Positions 9,637-20,564 are shown, numbered from the stretch's first letter. The stretch is DNA of 64,000 bases from Candidatus Poribacteria bacterium (GCA_965205025.1 CBDBFU010000001.1:1-64000); one strand, 5' to 3'. Numbers and translations are program-made. Notes: generated by a model not told the origin, from the sequence alone.

Positions 9637-12306
9637 GTGACAAAAATTGAAACACCGCGCCCAGAATATCCAAGACCCGATTTTCAACGTGGCACCTCCG
9701 AAGGAATTGATTGGATAAACCTAAACGGCACATGGGAATTTGCATTTGACCCAAATGATGTCGGTAATAAAGAGGAATGGTTTTCACCGAATAAAGTCGA
9801 TTTTCCACTGCAAATACAGGTCCCGTACCCATGGGAAAGCCTTGCAGCATGGGGAGAAGAAGACAAAGCAAATAGCGAGAATTACCTAAGCACAAATGCC
9901 TATCTTAACCCTGAAGAGGTCACCTGTGGCGGTCTAAGCCGTGAAGGAAATTATCGTGGCGAACCACGACATACAATCGGATGGTACCATAGATCTGTCT
10001 CAGTTCCTGAGAATTGGGGAGACAAACGTGTTATCTTGAAATTCTGTGCTGTTGACTGGGAAACAACTGTGTGGGTGAATGGTAAAGTCATCGGTAGCAA
10101 TTCAAACGGATATCTTCCCTTTGAATTTGACATAACAGATGCACTTACACCCGGAAAACCAGCAGATATTGTCGTCCGTGTGTATGATGCACAAGACCAC
10201 GGAGAACAACTTGCAGGAAAACAGATTGGATGGTATGTTCGTACCAGTGGCATCTGGCAGCCTGTTATTCTGGAACCCAGAAACGAAACATATATAAATC
10301 AATGCCACATTACCCCCAATATTGACAATAGCACTGCGACTTTTGATGTGACGGTTGATGGTGAAATTGCTACCGGAACCGAAATACATTGGGAATGTGA
10401 AGATATGTCAGGAACAGTTGATGCTGCAGAAAATACAAAATTCACAGTCAATATTCCAGCAGATAAACTCAGACTCTGGGACGTAGATACACCTAACCTT
10501 TACAATGTCACACTCAAATTGGTATCTAATGAATCTGTCATTGATAGAATTTACACCTATTTCGGAATGCGAAAAGTATCCATTGATAAGGCACCAGGTG
10601 GTGATTACAATTATATCTACCTCAACAACCGTCCTATATATCTGTTAGGTGCACTCAATCAGTCATTTACCCCTGACGGTGTATATACCTTCCTTACAGA
10701 TGAAGCAATCCGAACCGATATCGAACGCGCTAAAGAATTCGGATTTAACTTTCTACGCCTCCACATCAAAGTTGATGAACCGCGCCTCTACTACTGGGCA
10801 GACAAATTGGGTATGCTCTTTATGTGTGATATTCCCAATTTCGGGAACTATACCGAATTGGCAAAAAGTAGATTAGAAACAACACTTCGTGGAAACATCG
10901 CACGCGATTTCAATCATCCATCCATCATCTCGTGGTGCAATTTCAACGAAACATGGGGACTCGGTGGGGGAGAATACAAAGAGCTAAAAGATCGTCAAGA
11001 ATGGGTAAGAGAAATGTATCACTTAGCCAAATCACTTGACCCTACTCGTCTTATTGAGGATAACTCTCCCTGCCTTTATGACCACGTTGAAACAGACATC
11101 AACTCTTGGCATTTCTATATCAATGATTACAAACACGCAAAAGATCATATCGCAAACGTCGTGGAACAGACATATCCCGGTTCAAAGTTTAATTACGCGG
11201 GGGATAATGTACAAACGGATGCGCCTCTAATAAATAGTGAATATGGTGGCATTAGTGCTGGGGCTGGTGATAAAGATGTCGCTTGGTGTTTTAAGTATCT
11301 TACAAATGAATTACGCCTCCATCCAAAAATCTGTGGATACATCTATACCGAGCTGCAGGATATTGAGTGGGAACACAACGGCTTTATGAACTATGACCGT
11401 TCCGTCAAGGAATTTGGATACGATTACAACGACATCAATACGCTTGATTTTATTGCTATTGACTATCCACCCGGTACAGTCGTTGCTCCCGGGGACACCA
11501 TAAAAGCGGATATCTATGCAAGTCACTACTCACACAAAACAATTAACGGTACAACGCTCCATTGGCAACTGGACACACTTGAGCAAAATGGTGAGTTAAC
11601 ACGTAGACGCGTGAGTGGTAGTGTTGGTATTCCCTTTCCACAGTATCAGGCAGAACAAGTACATCAACTTGAACTGACCATCCCAGAAGTTAACGCATCT
11701 GTTGGCACGTTACATGTATGGGTATCTGATGAAACAGGAGCGGTTGTCGCACGAAATTACATCAATTTTGAGATATACTTGGAAGACACCTCAGGACTCA
11801 CATCACTTTCTCATCTTCCAGGAGACATCTCCGTTAGCAAATGGGATGCTGGTTCAGAAATAACCGAACAACGTCTTACTGCACAAGGCACCGGATACGT
11901 TGAATATCAAGTGTCTCTCCCTGATGACGTAATACATAACGAAATTACAAAGATGGAACTCGTTTTTGAGGCATCTTCATCAAACGGTGGATCACGACAA
12001 ACAGAACCCAAAAAATTTCCATCCGATGTTACAATTTCTGTCAACGGGGTTGAGATAGAAACCTTGACACTTCCCGATTGTCCAGCTGATGCACGCGGTG
12101 TCCTCACCTATATTCACGAAAACCTTGGCAACTACGGCTACTTGTATCGGATACCATTAGATCAGGAAACTTGTCTAAATGGGGACGCAGATACACTTAC
12201 TGTACGTTATGAAGTCAAAGGTAATGCCGAAAACAAAGGTGGACTCACACTTTATGGTAACCGTCGCGGTAGGTATCCTACTGCGCCACATATCATCATT
12301 TCATAA
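9637..12306 (+). CDS. Glycoside hydrolase family 2 (beta-galactosidase/glucuronidase-like)
   Basis: PRPEYPRP, LNGTWEFAFD, SGIWQPV, FNFLRLHIK, NHPSIISWCNFNE (acid/base Glu), NSEYGG (nucleophile). Confidence 0.93.
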   Translation: MTKIETPRPEYPRPDFQRGTSEGIDWINLNGTWEFAFDPNDVGNKEEWFSPNKVDFPLQIQVPYPWESLAAWGEEDKANSENYLSTNAYLNPEEVTCGGLSREGNYRGEPRHTIGWYHRSVSVPENWGDKRVILKFCAVDWETTVWVNGKVIGSNSNGYLPFEFDITDALTPGKPADIVVRVYDAQDHGEQLAGKQIGWYVRTSGIWQPVILEPRNETYINQCHITPNIDNSTATFDVTVDGEIATGTEIHWECEDMSGTVDAAENTKFTVNIPADKLRLWDVDTPNLYNVTLKLVSNESVIDRIYTYFGMRKVSIDKAPGGDYNYIYLNNRPIYLLGALNQSFTPDGVYTFLTDEAIRTDIERAKEFGFNFLRLHIKVDEPRLYYWADKLGMLFMCDIPNFGNYTELAKSRLETTLRGNIARDFNHPSIISWCNFNETWGLGGGEYKELKDRQEWVREMYHLAKSLDPTRLIEDNSPCLYDHVETDINSWHFYINDYKHAKDHIANVVEQTYPGSKFNYAGDNVQTDAPLINSEYGGISAGAGDKDVAWCFKYLTNELRLHPKICGYIYTELQDIEWEHNGFMNYDRSVKEFGYDYNDINTLDFIAIDYPPGTVVAPGDTIKADIYASHYSHKTINGTTLHWQLDTLEQNGELTRRRVSGSVGIPFPQYQAEQVHQLELTIPEVNASVGTLHVWVSDETGAVVARNYINFEIYLEDTSGLTSLSHLPGDISVSKWDAGSEITEQRLTAQGTGYVEYQVSLPDDVIHNEITKMELVFEASSSNGGSRQTEPKKFPSDVTISVNGVEIETLTLPDCPADARGVLTYIHENLGNYGYLYRIPLDQETCLNGDADTLTVRYEVKGNAENKGGLTLYGNRRGRYPTAPHIIIS

Positions 12307-12322
12307 GAGGAGAATTCATTGA

Positions 12323-13402
12323 ATGGCAACACACCAATTTCTATTTACGCGTAATCCGGGTTTAGAACGTTCGTGGCCCTTTGTTCACGAACAGATGGTG
12401 ACACGTCTGGAAGAATTAGGCGTAACACTCGTTCTCAACACCACCAGTCAAGATCCCATCCATCAACAAGTGGATCTGAGTGAAGTTATCGGTATTTCAC
12501 AATGGGGTGGTCGTCTCACTGAGGAATGTATAGATAACGCGCCAAAACTCAAAGTAGTCGGTACTATGACAGATAACACGGGACACGGTATCCCATACGC
12601 AAAATGCCAAAGTCGTGGTATACCTGTGATTGAATCCACACGCGCGTGGTCACAATCCGTAGCAGAATGTGCATTTGGTCTGGCATTGTCTTCGTTGCGA
12701 CGCACAGCACAATGGCATTTGAAAATGGCTACCGGTGAAAAACTCTGGGATTGGGATAACCCTATCTGGGGACCAGAAAAACTACCCGTTGCACATCAAT
12801 TCTGTGATGACCCAGATTTTGTAAACGGTGATCTCGGCACAAAGCAGATCGGTGTTATCGGACTTGGACAGATTGGAGGAAAAATTGCAAAATGGTGTAG
12901 TGTATTCGGTGCAACCGTCATGGGATACGATCCCTTTGTACCGGATGAACTCCTTGCTGAATGGGATGTAGAACGCGCTGATATGGATACACTCGTTGAT
13001 AGGGCAGATATCGTATTTGTCTCTGTTCCACCGACACCATCCGCCCGACACCTGCTAAACCGTGAACGTATCTACCATCTACGTAAAGGCGCGTTGGTTG
13101 TTATTATTACGCGTGCACATGCTGTCGATATGGATGCTTTGCGTGAACGGATTGTGAAAGACGAACTGGCTGGTGCATTTGATGTTTATGATAGAGAACC
13201 TGTGCCAATTGATGATGAACTGCGAAACCGAGATAACGTCGTTCATACACCACACATAGCAGGAAGAACTGAGGATGCGAACCTACGTGTGGCGAATATG
13301 ATTGTTGACGATTTTGAACGTGTGCTTAATGGAGAAAAACCACTCGGTGCATTGACACCAGAAGCAATTAAGGTGCGTACCTCTGATAATCCGCATGCAT
13401 AG
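12323..13402 (+). CDS. D-isomer-specific 2-hydroxyacid dehydrogenase (NAD-binding)
   Basis: GVIGLGQIG Rossmann motif, YDPF, AFDVYDREP, TPHIAG. Confidence 0.9.
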   Translation: MATHQFLFTRNPGLERSWPFVHEQMVTRLEELGVTLVLNTTSQDPIHQQVDLSEVIGISQWGGRLTEECIDNAPKLKVVGTMTDNTGHGIPYAKCQSRGIPVIESTRAWSQSVAECAFGLALSSLRRTAQWHLKMATGEKLWDWDNPIWGPEKLPVAHQFCDDPDFVNGDLGTKQIGVIGLGQIGGKIAKWCSVFGATVMGYDPFVPDELLAEWDVERADMDTLVDRADIVFVSVPPTPSARHLLNRERIYHLRKGALVVIITRAHAVDMDALRERIVKDELAGAFDVYDREPVPIDDELRNRDNVVHTPHIAGRTEDANLRVANMIVDDFERVLNGEKPLGALTPEAIKVRTSDNPHA

Positions 13403-13507
13403 GGTATACATCTATCGCTACTTCGATGGATCTCGGAGTTAATACTTGCTCAAACACTCGGCTTTGCGAATAAGAAAACACCTTGTGCCGCAACACTTCA
13501 TAACCTT
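13403..13507 (+). pseudogene. Short ISAs1-family transposase remnant
   Basis: Translates to GYTSIA (one frame) and LAQTLGFANKKTPCAATLHNL, resembling the N-terminal H-repeat-associated domain of ISAs1 transposases. Confidence 0.5.
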
Positions 13508-13568
13508 AATTACCAATTCATGCATCATTATTTCGTTTACACTCTCATATTTCTGGAGAACTTGACAA

Positions 13569-14048
13569 ATGAATATAGAACTTGAACATATTTCAATTGA
13601 TAAGAAACCTGTCCTCAGAAATTTAATGCAGCTTTGTCAGCACGATTATAGTGAATTTAATGAAGAAGATGTTGGGTCTTATGGAATATTTGAATATAAA
13701 TATATTGATCACTATTGGACAGAATCAGAACGTTTTGCATACTTTGTCAAAGTTGACAAGAAACTGGCAGGATTTGCTTTAATTAGGCGTAATCAATCTG
13801 GAAATGGAAACAGTATAAACATACTCTCAGAATTCTTTATTCTAAGAAAATTCAGACGAAAAGGAATTGGTATGAAGGTTGCTCATCTACTCTTTGCAAA
13901 ATTCCAAGGTAAATGGTCAGTGATCCAAGAAGAAGCAAATTATCCTGCCCAGTCCTTTTGGAGAAAAGTTATTAATGAATACACAAAAGGCAATTTCACT
14001 GAAGTACAGGGTGAAAAAGGACCTGTACAAGAGTTTGAGAGTTCCTGA
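13569..14048 (+). CDS. GNAT N-acetyltransferase
   Basis: LRNLMQL.QHDYSEF, LAGFAL, SEFFILRKFRRKGIG, N.PAQSFWRK. Confidence 0.9.
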   Translation: MNIELEHISIDKKPVLRNLMQLCQHDYSEFNEEDVGSYGIFEYKYIDHYWTESERFAYFVKVDKKLAGFALIRRNQSGNGNSINILSEFFILRKFRRKGIGMKVAHLLFAKFQGKWSVIQEEANYPAQSFWRKVINEYTKGNFTEVQGEKGPVQEFESS

Positions 14049-14452
14049 AAGGTTGGAAGGAGAAAAAACAGTAGGGTATAAAATAGAAATTTCTTTCGCA
14101 TAAACTCCTTAGTATAGGATATAGCATACCAAGAAATACGCTAAAATTAACGTAGATTTTTTAATTAACTGATACTTATCAAAGACCATCAGATGTCAAT
14201 GTTTATCAGTCAGTTGTGTTGATAATTTCCGATAGTTTGAGGAGAGAATTATTTGAAAACACATAGCAGATTTGGTAAGATGTTGACGCATGGGATAGTC
14301 TCCTAAGTTGTAGATTGGTATGCACTATTTAAGATGACATCTCAGGCCAAAAAGTCAAGAATAATCAAAAATAAAACGCATTTTATGACACTATACAATC
14401 ATAGTGTCGATTGTTAGTGGGTCAAATTCCATCCTAAGAAATCTCAGATTAT

Positions 14453-14683
14453 TTATTGATATGATTCTAAGCTATAATATGTCTCTCCAGATGCAATGGC
14501 ATCACGGATATCAGCAAAGAGATTGAATGCATCCTCAAATTCGGCAAATTCAGCAATAACGCGCTCGGAACCATCTTGTGCTGTTAAAACAAGTTGATTC
14601 TTATCAGAATCTTCTTCTTTTACACTCAAATTTCGATACTGGTTGAAGTTTATAATTTCCAAGTCGTTAGTTACAATATACAT
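14453..14683 (-). CDS. Small acidic hypothetical protein
   Basis: AAGGAG RBS upstream of ATG; 76-aa ORF with protein-like composition. Confidence 0.65.
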   Translation of the reverse strand: MYIVTNDLEIINFNQYRNLSVKEEDSDKNQLVLTAQDGSERVIAEFAEFEDAFNLFADIRDAIASGETYYSLESYQ

Positions 14684-14923
14684 AATTGTTCTCCTTTATA
14701 ATTTAGACCAGTACTGATAAATAGAGTAACCTCTCTTCAATATCTGTATTAAGTTCAACAGATACATTGAGGATTTTATTGGAATCCAGTAAGGTAAATG
14801 TAAGATGGGTAATTGAACGACTACAATAGGGATTTTGTTTTATTACAACTCCTTATACAAGAATGATATTGTAATGTATGGCAATCCTAAAACCTATTTT
14901 ATTTAGAATTAAGAGTTAGTTTG

Positions 14924-15568
14924 CTACGAATTGCCAAAGTTGCTTTCATATAGTTGTTCAATTTCACTTGGAGAAGTTATGAACCACTCATTTCCTGGTG
15001 CATCTTGCTTTTGTTTACCTTGAAGTTTCAGGATATTTTGTATCGTATTTTCCATCAAATTTAACTCATCAGTCTTGATAATAAGTCCGATCTTGGGGTA
15101 TTCAGGAAGGGCAGTACGCGTTTGTGAAACGATTCTACCAATAGGGTCATTTCTGGATTTTCCGATCTTACACGCCCATACCGCTTCATCCTGCAATTCT
15201 GCTAAGCGTTGGTAGGCTGGATAATAGTATAGATACACTGCTTGTTTACCGGAACCGATGGTTTTTTCTGTGTCTAAATTGTTAAGATGAGTACCTACAT
15301 TGTCTTGGTCTTTAGTGTTTGAAGAAATATACCAATAACCTTGACGAGGGTTTTCTACGAACCCTAACCGATTCATTTCTGACAAAGCCATTATTGCCGG
15401 ATGAAATTTAGCTTTAGCTGGGAGACCACCCCGTTCCAAATGTGTTTCATCTACAATTTTTATTATCTCTTGTCTTGGAACAGTCCGTCCTGCAAATAGT
15501 TCTTGAATAAGTTCTCGCGCTATGTTTGGTGTGAGTGTCTTTCCAAAATATTCATACTGTTCGTTCAT
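14924..15568 (-). CDS. GIY-YIG-like (T5orf172/MUG113) domain protein with an N-terminal winged-helix-like region
   Basis: VYLYYY...CKIGKS..PIGRI...LPEYP...ME..I...EWF; N-terminal GFVENPRQGYWYI wing. Confidence 0.7.
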   Translation of the reverse strand: MNEQYEYFGKTLTPNIARELIQELFAGRTVPRQEIIKIVDETHLERGGLPAKAKFHPAIMALSEMNRLGFVENPRQGYWYISSNTKDQDNVGTHLNNLDTEKTIGSGKQAVYLYYYPAYQRLAELQDEAVWACKIGKSRNDPIGRIVSQTRTALPEYPKIGLIIKTDELNLMENTIQNILKLQGKQKQDAPGNEWFITSPSEIEQLYESNFGNS

Positions 15569-15613
15569 AAGGTATATTTCTTTTTATTTCTAATATTACC
15601 ACAAAGCATACAT

Positions 15614-16849
15614 CTACTCATAAGGTACAAGCACTTCATCCACGGAATGGGGATTTGGAAACCACCCAACAATTTTCCGCAACACCTCATCAAGAAGGAT
15701 ATCTGGACAAGATGCACCCGCAGTCAGTACAATATCAACAGGACTACCATCCTGATGTTCCATCGGCAGCCAATCCTCTGTAATCTGTACCTCTTTCGTT
15801 TCAAGTGCTAAATGACGAATCTGTTTCGGATTAAGCAATTCATCCGCATCTCGGACAAAATAGGTTGGTAACTTATGCTCACACAGTTCCACAAGATGGC
15901 TCGTATTTGATGAATTATATCCACCGACCACAACTGCCACATCTCCACCTTCAGCAATGAGAGATAACGTTGCATCTTGATTCTCTTTTGTTGCGTAGCA
16001 CAGCGTATCCTTTGTATCCGCAAAATGTTCTGCAAGATTATCTACACCATACCGTAGGACAATAGCTTTTCGTAATAAATCCGCAATCGCTTGTGTCTCT
16101 GTAGCAAGCATTGTTGTTTGGTTAACAACACCAATCCGTTTTAGGTGTAAATCTGGGTGGAAACCTTCGGAATATCGGTCAGCAAACTTTTCAAAGAAAA
16201 AATCAGCATCTGCTTCACCGCTAATTACTTTTGCCAAGTCTTCTGCTTCTTCGAGATCACGAACCACAACAACAGGTGCCTCCGATTGAGCATGTGAAAA
16301 AGTGGCGCGTGTCTCTTCATGATATCGCTTACCGTGTACTACAACGGTATAATCCTGCTTGCCAATTTCTTGGCTTCGTTTCCACACCTTTTCCACGAAT
16401 GGACATGTTGTATTATATGAGGAGAGGGTAACACCGCGATCGTTGAGTTCTTCCTCTACCTCTAAAGTTGTCCCAAAAGCTGGTACAATCACAACATCAT
16501 CAGGAATTAACACATCAAATGGGAGCAACGGTTTTCCCTCTGTATCGGAGAGAAATTGCACACCGTGATGTCTTAAATTGTCATTAACACGAGGATTATG
16601 AATTATTTCAGAGAGCAGGAAAATTCGTTTGTCAGGATTCTCTTCAAGGGCACGATATGCTATTTCAACAGCATTTTCAACACCATAACAGAACCCAAAG
16701 TGGCGTGCAATCTTAAAACGAACAGGACCAAAATCTAAAACGGAGGGAGATAAATCCCGTTTCCGGGCGTCCATATTTCGCCGTGATGCCTTAACCGTCG
16801 ATATAATTGGACTTTCATAAAAACGAGGTATGTTAAATGTACGAGGCAT
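15614..16849 (-). CDS. ispH: 4-hydroxy-3-methylbut-2-enyl diphosphate reductase
   Basis: FGFCYGVENA, IIHNP, PAFG, TTCPFV, NQTT, DTLCYATKENQ, SSNT, TAGAS. Confidence 0.96.
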   Translation of the reverse strand: MPRTFNIPRFYESPIISTVKASRRNMDARKRDLSPSVLDFGPVRFKIARHFGFCYGVENAVEIAYRALEENPDKRIFLLSEIIHNPRVNDNLRHHGVQFLSDTEGKPLLPFDVLIPDDVVIVPAFGTTLEVEEELNDRGVTLSSYNTTCPFVEKVWKRSQEIGKQDYTVVVHGKRYHEETRATFSHAQSEAPVVVVRDLEEAEDLAKVISGEADADFFFEKFADRYSEGFHPDLHLKRIGVVNQTTMLATETQAIADLLRKAIVLRYGVDNLAEHFADTKDTLCYATKENQDATLSLIAEGGDVAVVVGGYNSSNTSHLVELCEHKLPTYFVRDADELLNPKQIRHLALETKEVQITEDWLPMEHQDGSPVDIVLTAGASCPDILLDEVLRKIVGWFPNPHSVDEVLVPYE

Positions 16850-16867
16850 CTTTGTTCCAAAGCAGCT

Positions 16868-17003
16868 TTATGCACTTAGGACCCTTCTACCTTTAGCGCG
16901 TCTGCGGGCAATCGTTTTTTCTTCCATGCCGGGTAGACATACGTTTTCTAAATCCGAGTTTATTTTTTCGTTTCCGCCTATGTGGTTGATAGGTACGCTT
17001 CAT
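16868..17003 (-). CDS. rpmH: 50S ribosomal protein L34 (one extra base in the T6 run at 16915-16920, probable sequencing indel)
   Basis: MKRTYQPHRRKRKNKLGFRKRMSTRHGR then, after removing one base, KTIARRRAKGRRVLSA*; divergent from dnaA. Confidence 0.92.
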
Positions 17004-17482
17004 GACTCTTATCCCTTCTATTACTTAACTATTTGACACCGCATGGATATAATGATTTGACGAAATCAGCAACAATAAGGATACCCAATTTTTCACAATT
17101 TGTCAAATTATTCTGTTTAGAGATTCGTTATCAATTCCATAAAAGTAACGTTATTTATAATGATTTGAGTAAAACTATAAGATTTCAGCAGGCGAGCACA
17201 CCCATTTAAGATATGTATTTATCAACCCAAAACAGTCAAAATTTTTCATTCGATGAAGGTAAATTGCTGGAAGAATTCAGGTATATTCCCGTTTAAATTC
17301 TTCAATCAATTTAGTAAAAAATAGGTTGTAAAAACACCTACTTTTTTAAATAGAAAATTGCTCTGTTTTAATTTGATAATTAAATTTAATTCTGTATAAT
17401 TCACGTTCGCGTCGTTAAGATTTGATTGAAAATTTCCCAACTTATTACAGCTGGAATATAAAAATAAAATAGGAATATTCTC

Positions 17483-18832
17483 ATGAATCAGACCCCTGAT
17501 AAACTCTGGTTAGATATCTTAGCGGAGCTTGACGATTCGGCAGATACCGATGTCTATTTACGTCAAGTAACCCCACGTACTCTCACAGAGGATTCCTTCA
17601 TCATAGCTGTTCCATCTACATATACACAGGCTGAAATAGAAAATAGGTTTCTGAAAAATATTGATAAATTATTAGCCAATCGAATGGGTGTAGACTGTAC
17701 ATTAAAATTTGCTGTTGAACCACCACTCGAAAATGAGACTGGATCTAATGATACTGGATCTGAAGAACCAAAAGACCATTCTCAAAACGGGTCTCCTGAA
17801 TCTGCCAGTTTAAATCCTAACTACGTCTTTGACAATTTTGTTGTTGGTCAAAGTAATCGTATATGTCATGCAACTGCCTATTCAGTTTCGGATGACCCCG
17901 GTGGAGAGTATAACCCACTTTTTATTTATGGTGGTGTGGGTCTTGGAAAAACACATTTGCTACATGCAATTGGCAATCGAGTACAGGAAAAAATACCTGA
18001 TTGTAAAGTCCTTTACGTCACCTCTGAAACTTTTATGAACGAGTATATTGAATCTATCGTCAAACGAACTTCAGCTCAAGATTTCCGAAACAAATATCGC
18101 AAAACAGATCTCTTGTTAATTGATGATATTCAGTTCTTACAACGGAAAGAGGGCACACAAGAGGAATTTTTTAATACTTTCAATGACCTATATTTAAACT
18201 CAGGACAAATCGTTTTATCAAGTGACCGTTCACCAAGCATGCTTGAAAATCTTGAAGAGAGATTAAGTTCCCGTTTTGAATGGGGTATGGTAGCAGAAAT
18301 TGATAAACCTAATTATGAGTTGAGACTTGCCATCCTACGGGGTAAATGTCAAGAGCAAGGTTTAGATGATATTTCAGATGAAGTCCTAAATTACATTGCT
18401 GAAATTGTCACATCAAACATTCGTCAATTAGAAGGCACATTATTACGTCTTAACACACAAGCATCATTTCTCGGTGAAAAGTTAGATCTTGATTTCGCAC
18501 GCACAGCACTAAACGATACATCCACCCGTACTGGATCGCGTCGAAAAGCCGTAACAGCAGCTGCAATACAAAAAATCGTGATAGACCATTTTCACTTGGA
18601 TAGCGACGACCTAATTTCTGCCAAACGGACGAAGGCTATAGCTTTCCCACGACAAGTTGCAATGTATTTATGTAGAGAACTCACACAGCTTTCATTATTA
18701 GATATTGCTGAAGCATTTAATAGACAAAACCACACAACCGTTATACATGCATGCACACAGATAGAAAAATTAAGTAGTGAAGATGAAGAAACTAAAAAGT
18801 TAATAAATATGATGATGGATGAGTTGACTTAA
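17483..18832 (+). CDS. dnaA: Chromosomal replication initiator DnaA
   Basis: LNPNYVFDNFVVG, YNPLFIYGGVGLGKTHL, LLIDDIQF, RLSSRFEWG, RQVAMYL, NHTTV. Confidence 0.98.
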   Translation: MNQTPDKLWLDILAELDDSADTDVYLRQVTPRTLTEDSFIIAVPSTYTQAEIENRFLKNIDKLLANRMGVDCTLKFAVEPPLENETGSNDTGSEEPKDHSQNGSPESASLNPNYVFDNFVVGQSNRICHATAYSVSDDPGGEYNPLFIYGGVGLGKTHLLHAIGNRVQEKIPDCKVLYVTSETFMNEYIESIVKRTSAQDFRNKYRKTDLLLIDDIQFLQRKEGTQEEFFNTFNDLYLNSGQIVLSSDRSPSMLENLEERLSSRFEWGMVAEIDKPNYELRLAILRGKCQEQGLDDISDEVLNYIAEIVTSNIRQLEGTLLRLNTQASFLGEKLDLDFARTALNDTSTRTGSRRKAVTAAAIQKIVIDHFHLDSDDLISAKRTKAIAFPRQVAMYLCRELTQLSLLDIAEAFNRQNHTTVIHACTQIEKLSSEDEETKKLINMMMDELT

Positions 18833-18859
18833 TCCGCTTCCTACCTGAATTAAAACACT

Positions 18860-19115
18860 TAAAGCACATGTTATGCACAATTGCTGTGCATAACCCTCAA
18901 ATTATTGTTGATAACTTGTTGATAACTTGTTGATAATCTTACACCCGTTAATTGTTTTAACAAATTGTCAATAATTTCATAATTGAATACACATGTTATC
19001 AACACCCTTAATCTCAATCACTGTCAGTTGTTAGAGCAGTTATCAACTTATGCACACCCCCTACTACTACTTCTAATTTACAATTTTAAATTTTAAGTAA
19101 TTATTTAATATAATT
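18860..19115. other. oriC: Replication origin oriC
   Basis: DnaA-box cluster: TTATGCACA 18871, TGTGCATAA 18885, TGTTGATAA 18906/18917/18928, TTATCAACA 18996, TTATCAACT 19040, TTATGCACA 19048; then CCCC, DnaA-trio repeat CTACTACTACTTCTA (19061-19075) and an AT-rich tract. Confidence 0.88.
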
Positions 19116-19308
19116 AATATAAGCGAATCACTTTAGGTGAACTTATAAATAAAATTGTAAATAATAGATATATTTGCAAGCAATCATTATGGTATAGTTT
19201 ATTAGTTGATATGAGAAAAATCACAATAACAAACTTATATAAGTAAGGCAATAATACAATAGTCTTAAATCTTATGATAAATGTTAACCATAACTGAGCG
19301 GAGTTTAG

Positions 19309-20469
19309 ATGGTCCTGCAACGATTGTGCTTGCGAAATTTTAGAAATTATCAGGAGTGTGACATCACATTTCATTCCCCAGTAACATTGATTGTTGGCAG
19401 AAACGCTATGGGCAAGACAAGCCTACTCGAATCTGTCTATTTTTTGTGTACCGGTGAATCCCATCGATCTAATTCTGCCACAGAGTTAATACGCCATAAT
19501 ATGGAAGGTTTTGCTGTTACAGGATATTTTAGAAATGATAAAAAAACCGATAATCAAATCCGTCTTGAGGCAGTTAAGCCACGGCAAGGACCATTTCGTC
19601 TAAAAACAGATGGTGTTCTCCAACGGAGACGTTCGGATTGGATAGGTCAGTTCAATGTAGTGCTTTTTTCACCAGAGTCTTTGGATCTTGTGAAGGGAGC
19701 TCCGACATTCCGAAGACGATGGATTGATTTGCTTTTATGTCAACTAAATCGTCAGTATTTAGAAGAACTACAACGTTATCGTGGAATATTGCAACACCGG
19801 AATGCGTTATTAAAACAACTGAGTATAGGAAAAGGGGTTGCTAATGAGGTTTCTATATGGGATGGATTACTAAGTGAATCCGGAGTCGCATTAATAGGAG
19901 CTCGATTTACTGCCTTGAAAAGGTTAAGTGTTGTCGTTGAAAACACACATCTATCGTTGACGGGGGGAATGGAACGCCTTATATTGGAATATATCCCCGG
20001 AATAGAGAATGGTGGAGAGAAAATCTCAGATATAACGGATCTTACCGAACTCTTTAGCCAAGCATTGACACAAGCTCGACGGGATGAAGTACGCCGTGGT
20101 GTAACGCTTGTAGGTCCACATCGTGATGATTTTACATTGGCATTAGAGAAAGTAGACGCTGAAGATGAAATGTTGCAAGAAACTGCTCGTACCTATGCCT
20201 CACAAGGACAACATAGGACAATTGCACTTGCTCTAAAACTTGCTGAGTTAGAGTATATTCGTGAAGATACAGGAAGTGCGCCCCTTTTTCTACTGGACGA
20301 TGTGTTATCTGAGTTAGATGTGAAAAGACGGGCATACCTATTATCCTATCTTCAAGGTGTTGCTGCTCAGACAATTATTACTGCTACGGATAAAGATGTT
20401 ATGGGAGACGAGTTGCAAGATGTTCATTTGTTAACGGTTGAAGAAGGTGTCATCGTAGATGAAAGTTAG
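19309..20469 (+). CDS. recF: DNA replication/repair protein RecF
   Basis: NFRNY, GRNAMGKTSLLE, GPHRDD, ASQGQ, LLDDVLSELD. Confidence 0.96.
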   Translation: MVLQRLCLRNFRNYQECDITFHSPVTLIVGRNAMGKTSLLESVYFLCTGESHRSNSATELIRHNMEGFAVTGYFRNDKKTDNQIRLEAVKPRQGPFRLKTDGVLQRRRSDWIGQFNVVLFSPESLDLVKGAPTFRRRWIDLLLCQLNRQYLEELQRYRGILQHRNALLKQLSIGKGVANEVSIWDGLLSESGVALIGARFTALKRLSVVVENTHLSLTGGMERLILEYIPGIENGGEKISDITDLTELFSQALTQARRDEVRRGVTLVGPHRDDFTLALEKVDAEDEMLQETARTYASQGQHRTIALALKLAELEYIREDTGSAPLFLLDDVLSELDVKRRAYLLSYLQGVAAQTIITATDKDVMGDELQDVHLLTVEEGVIVDES

Positions 20470-20564
20470 AACGTTGAAAACAGTAAAATTTATACTACGG
20501 TTATGTCATTTATTCAATTCCACATGTACTTTCAAAGATCATATATTGGATAAAAGGTATCAAA

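Noticed and set aside
18906-18936. 11-bp tandem repeat as plasmid iterons or VNTR
   Set aside because: Explained as phased DnaA boxes within oriC.
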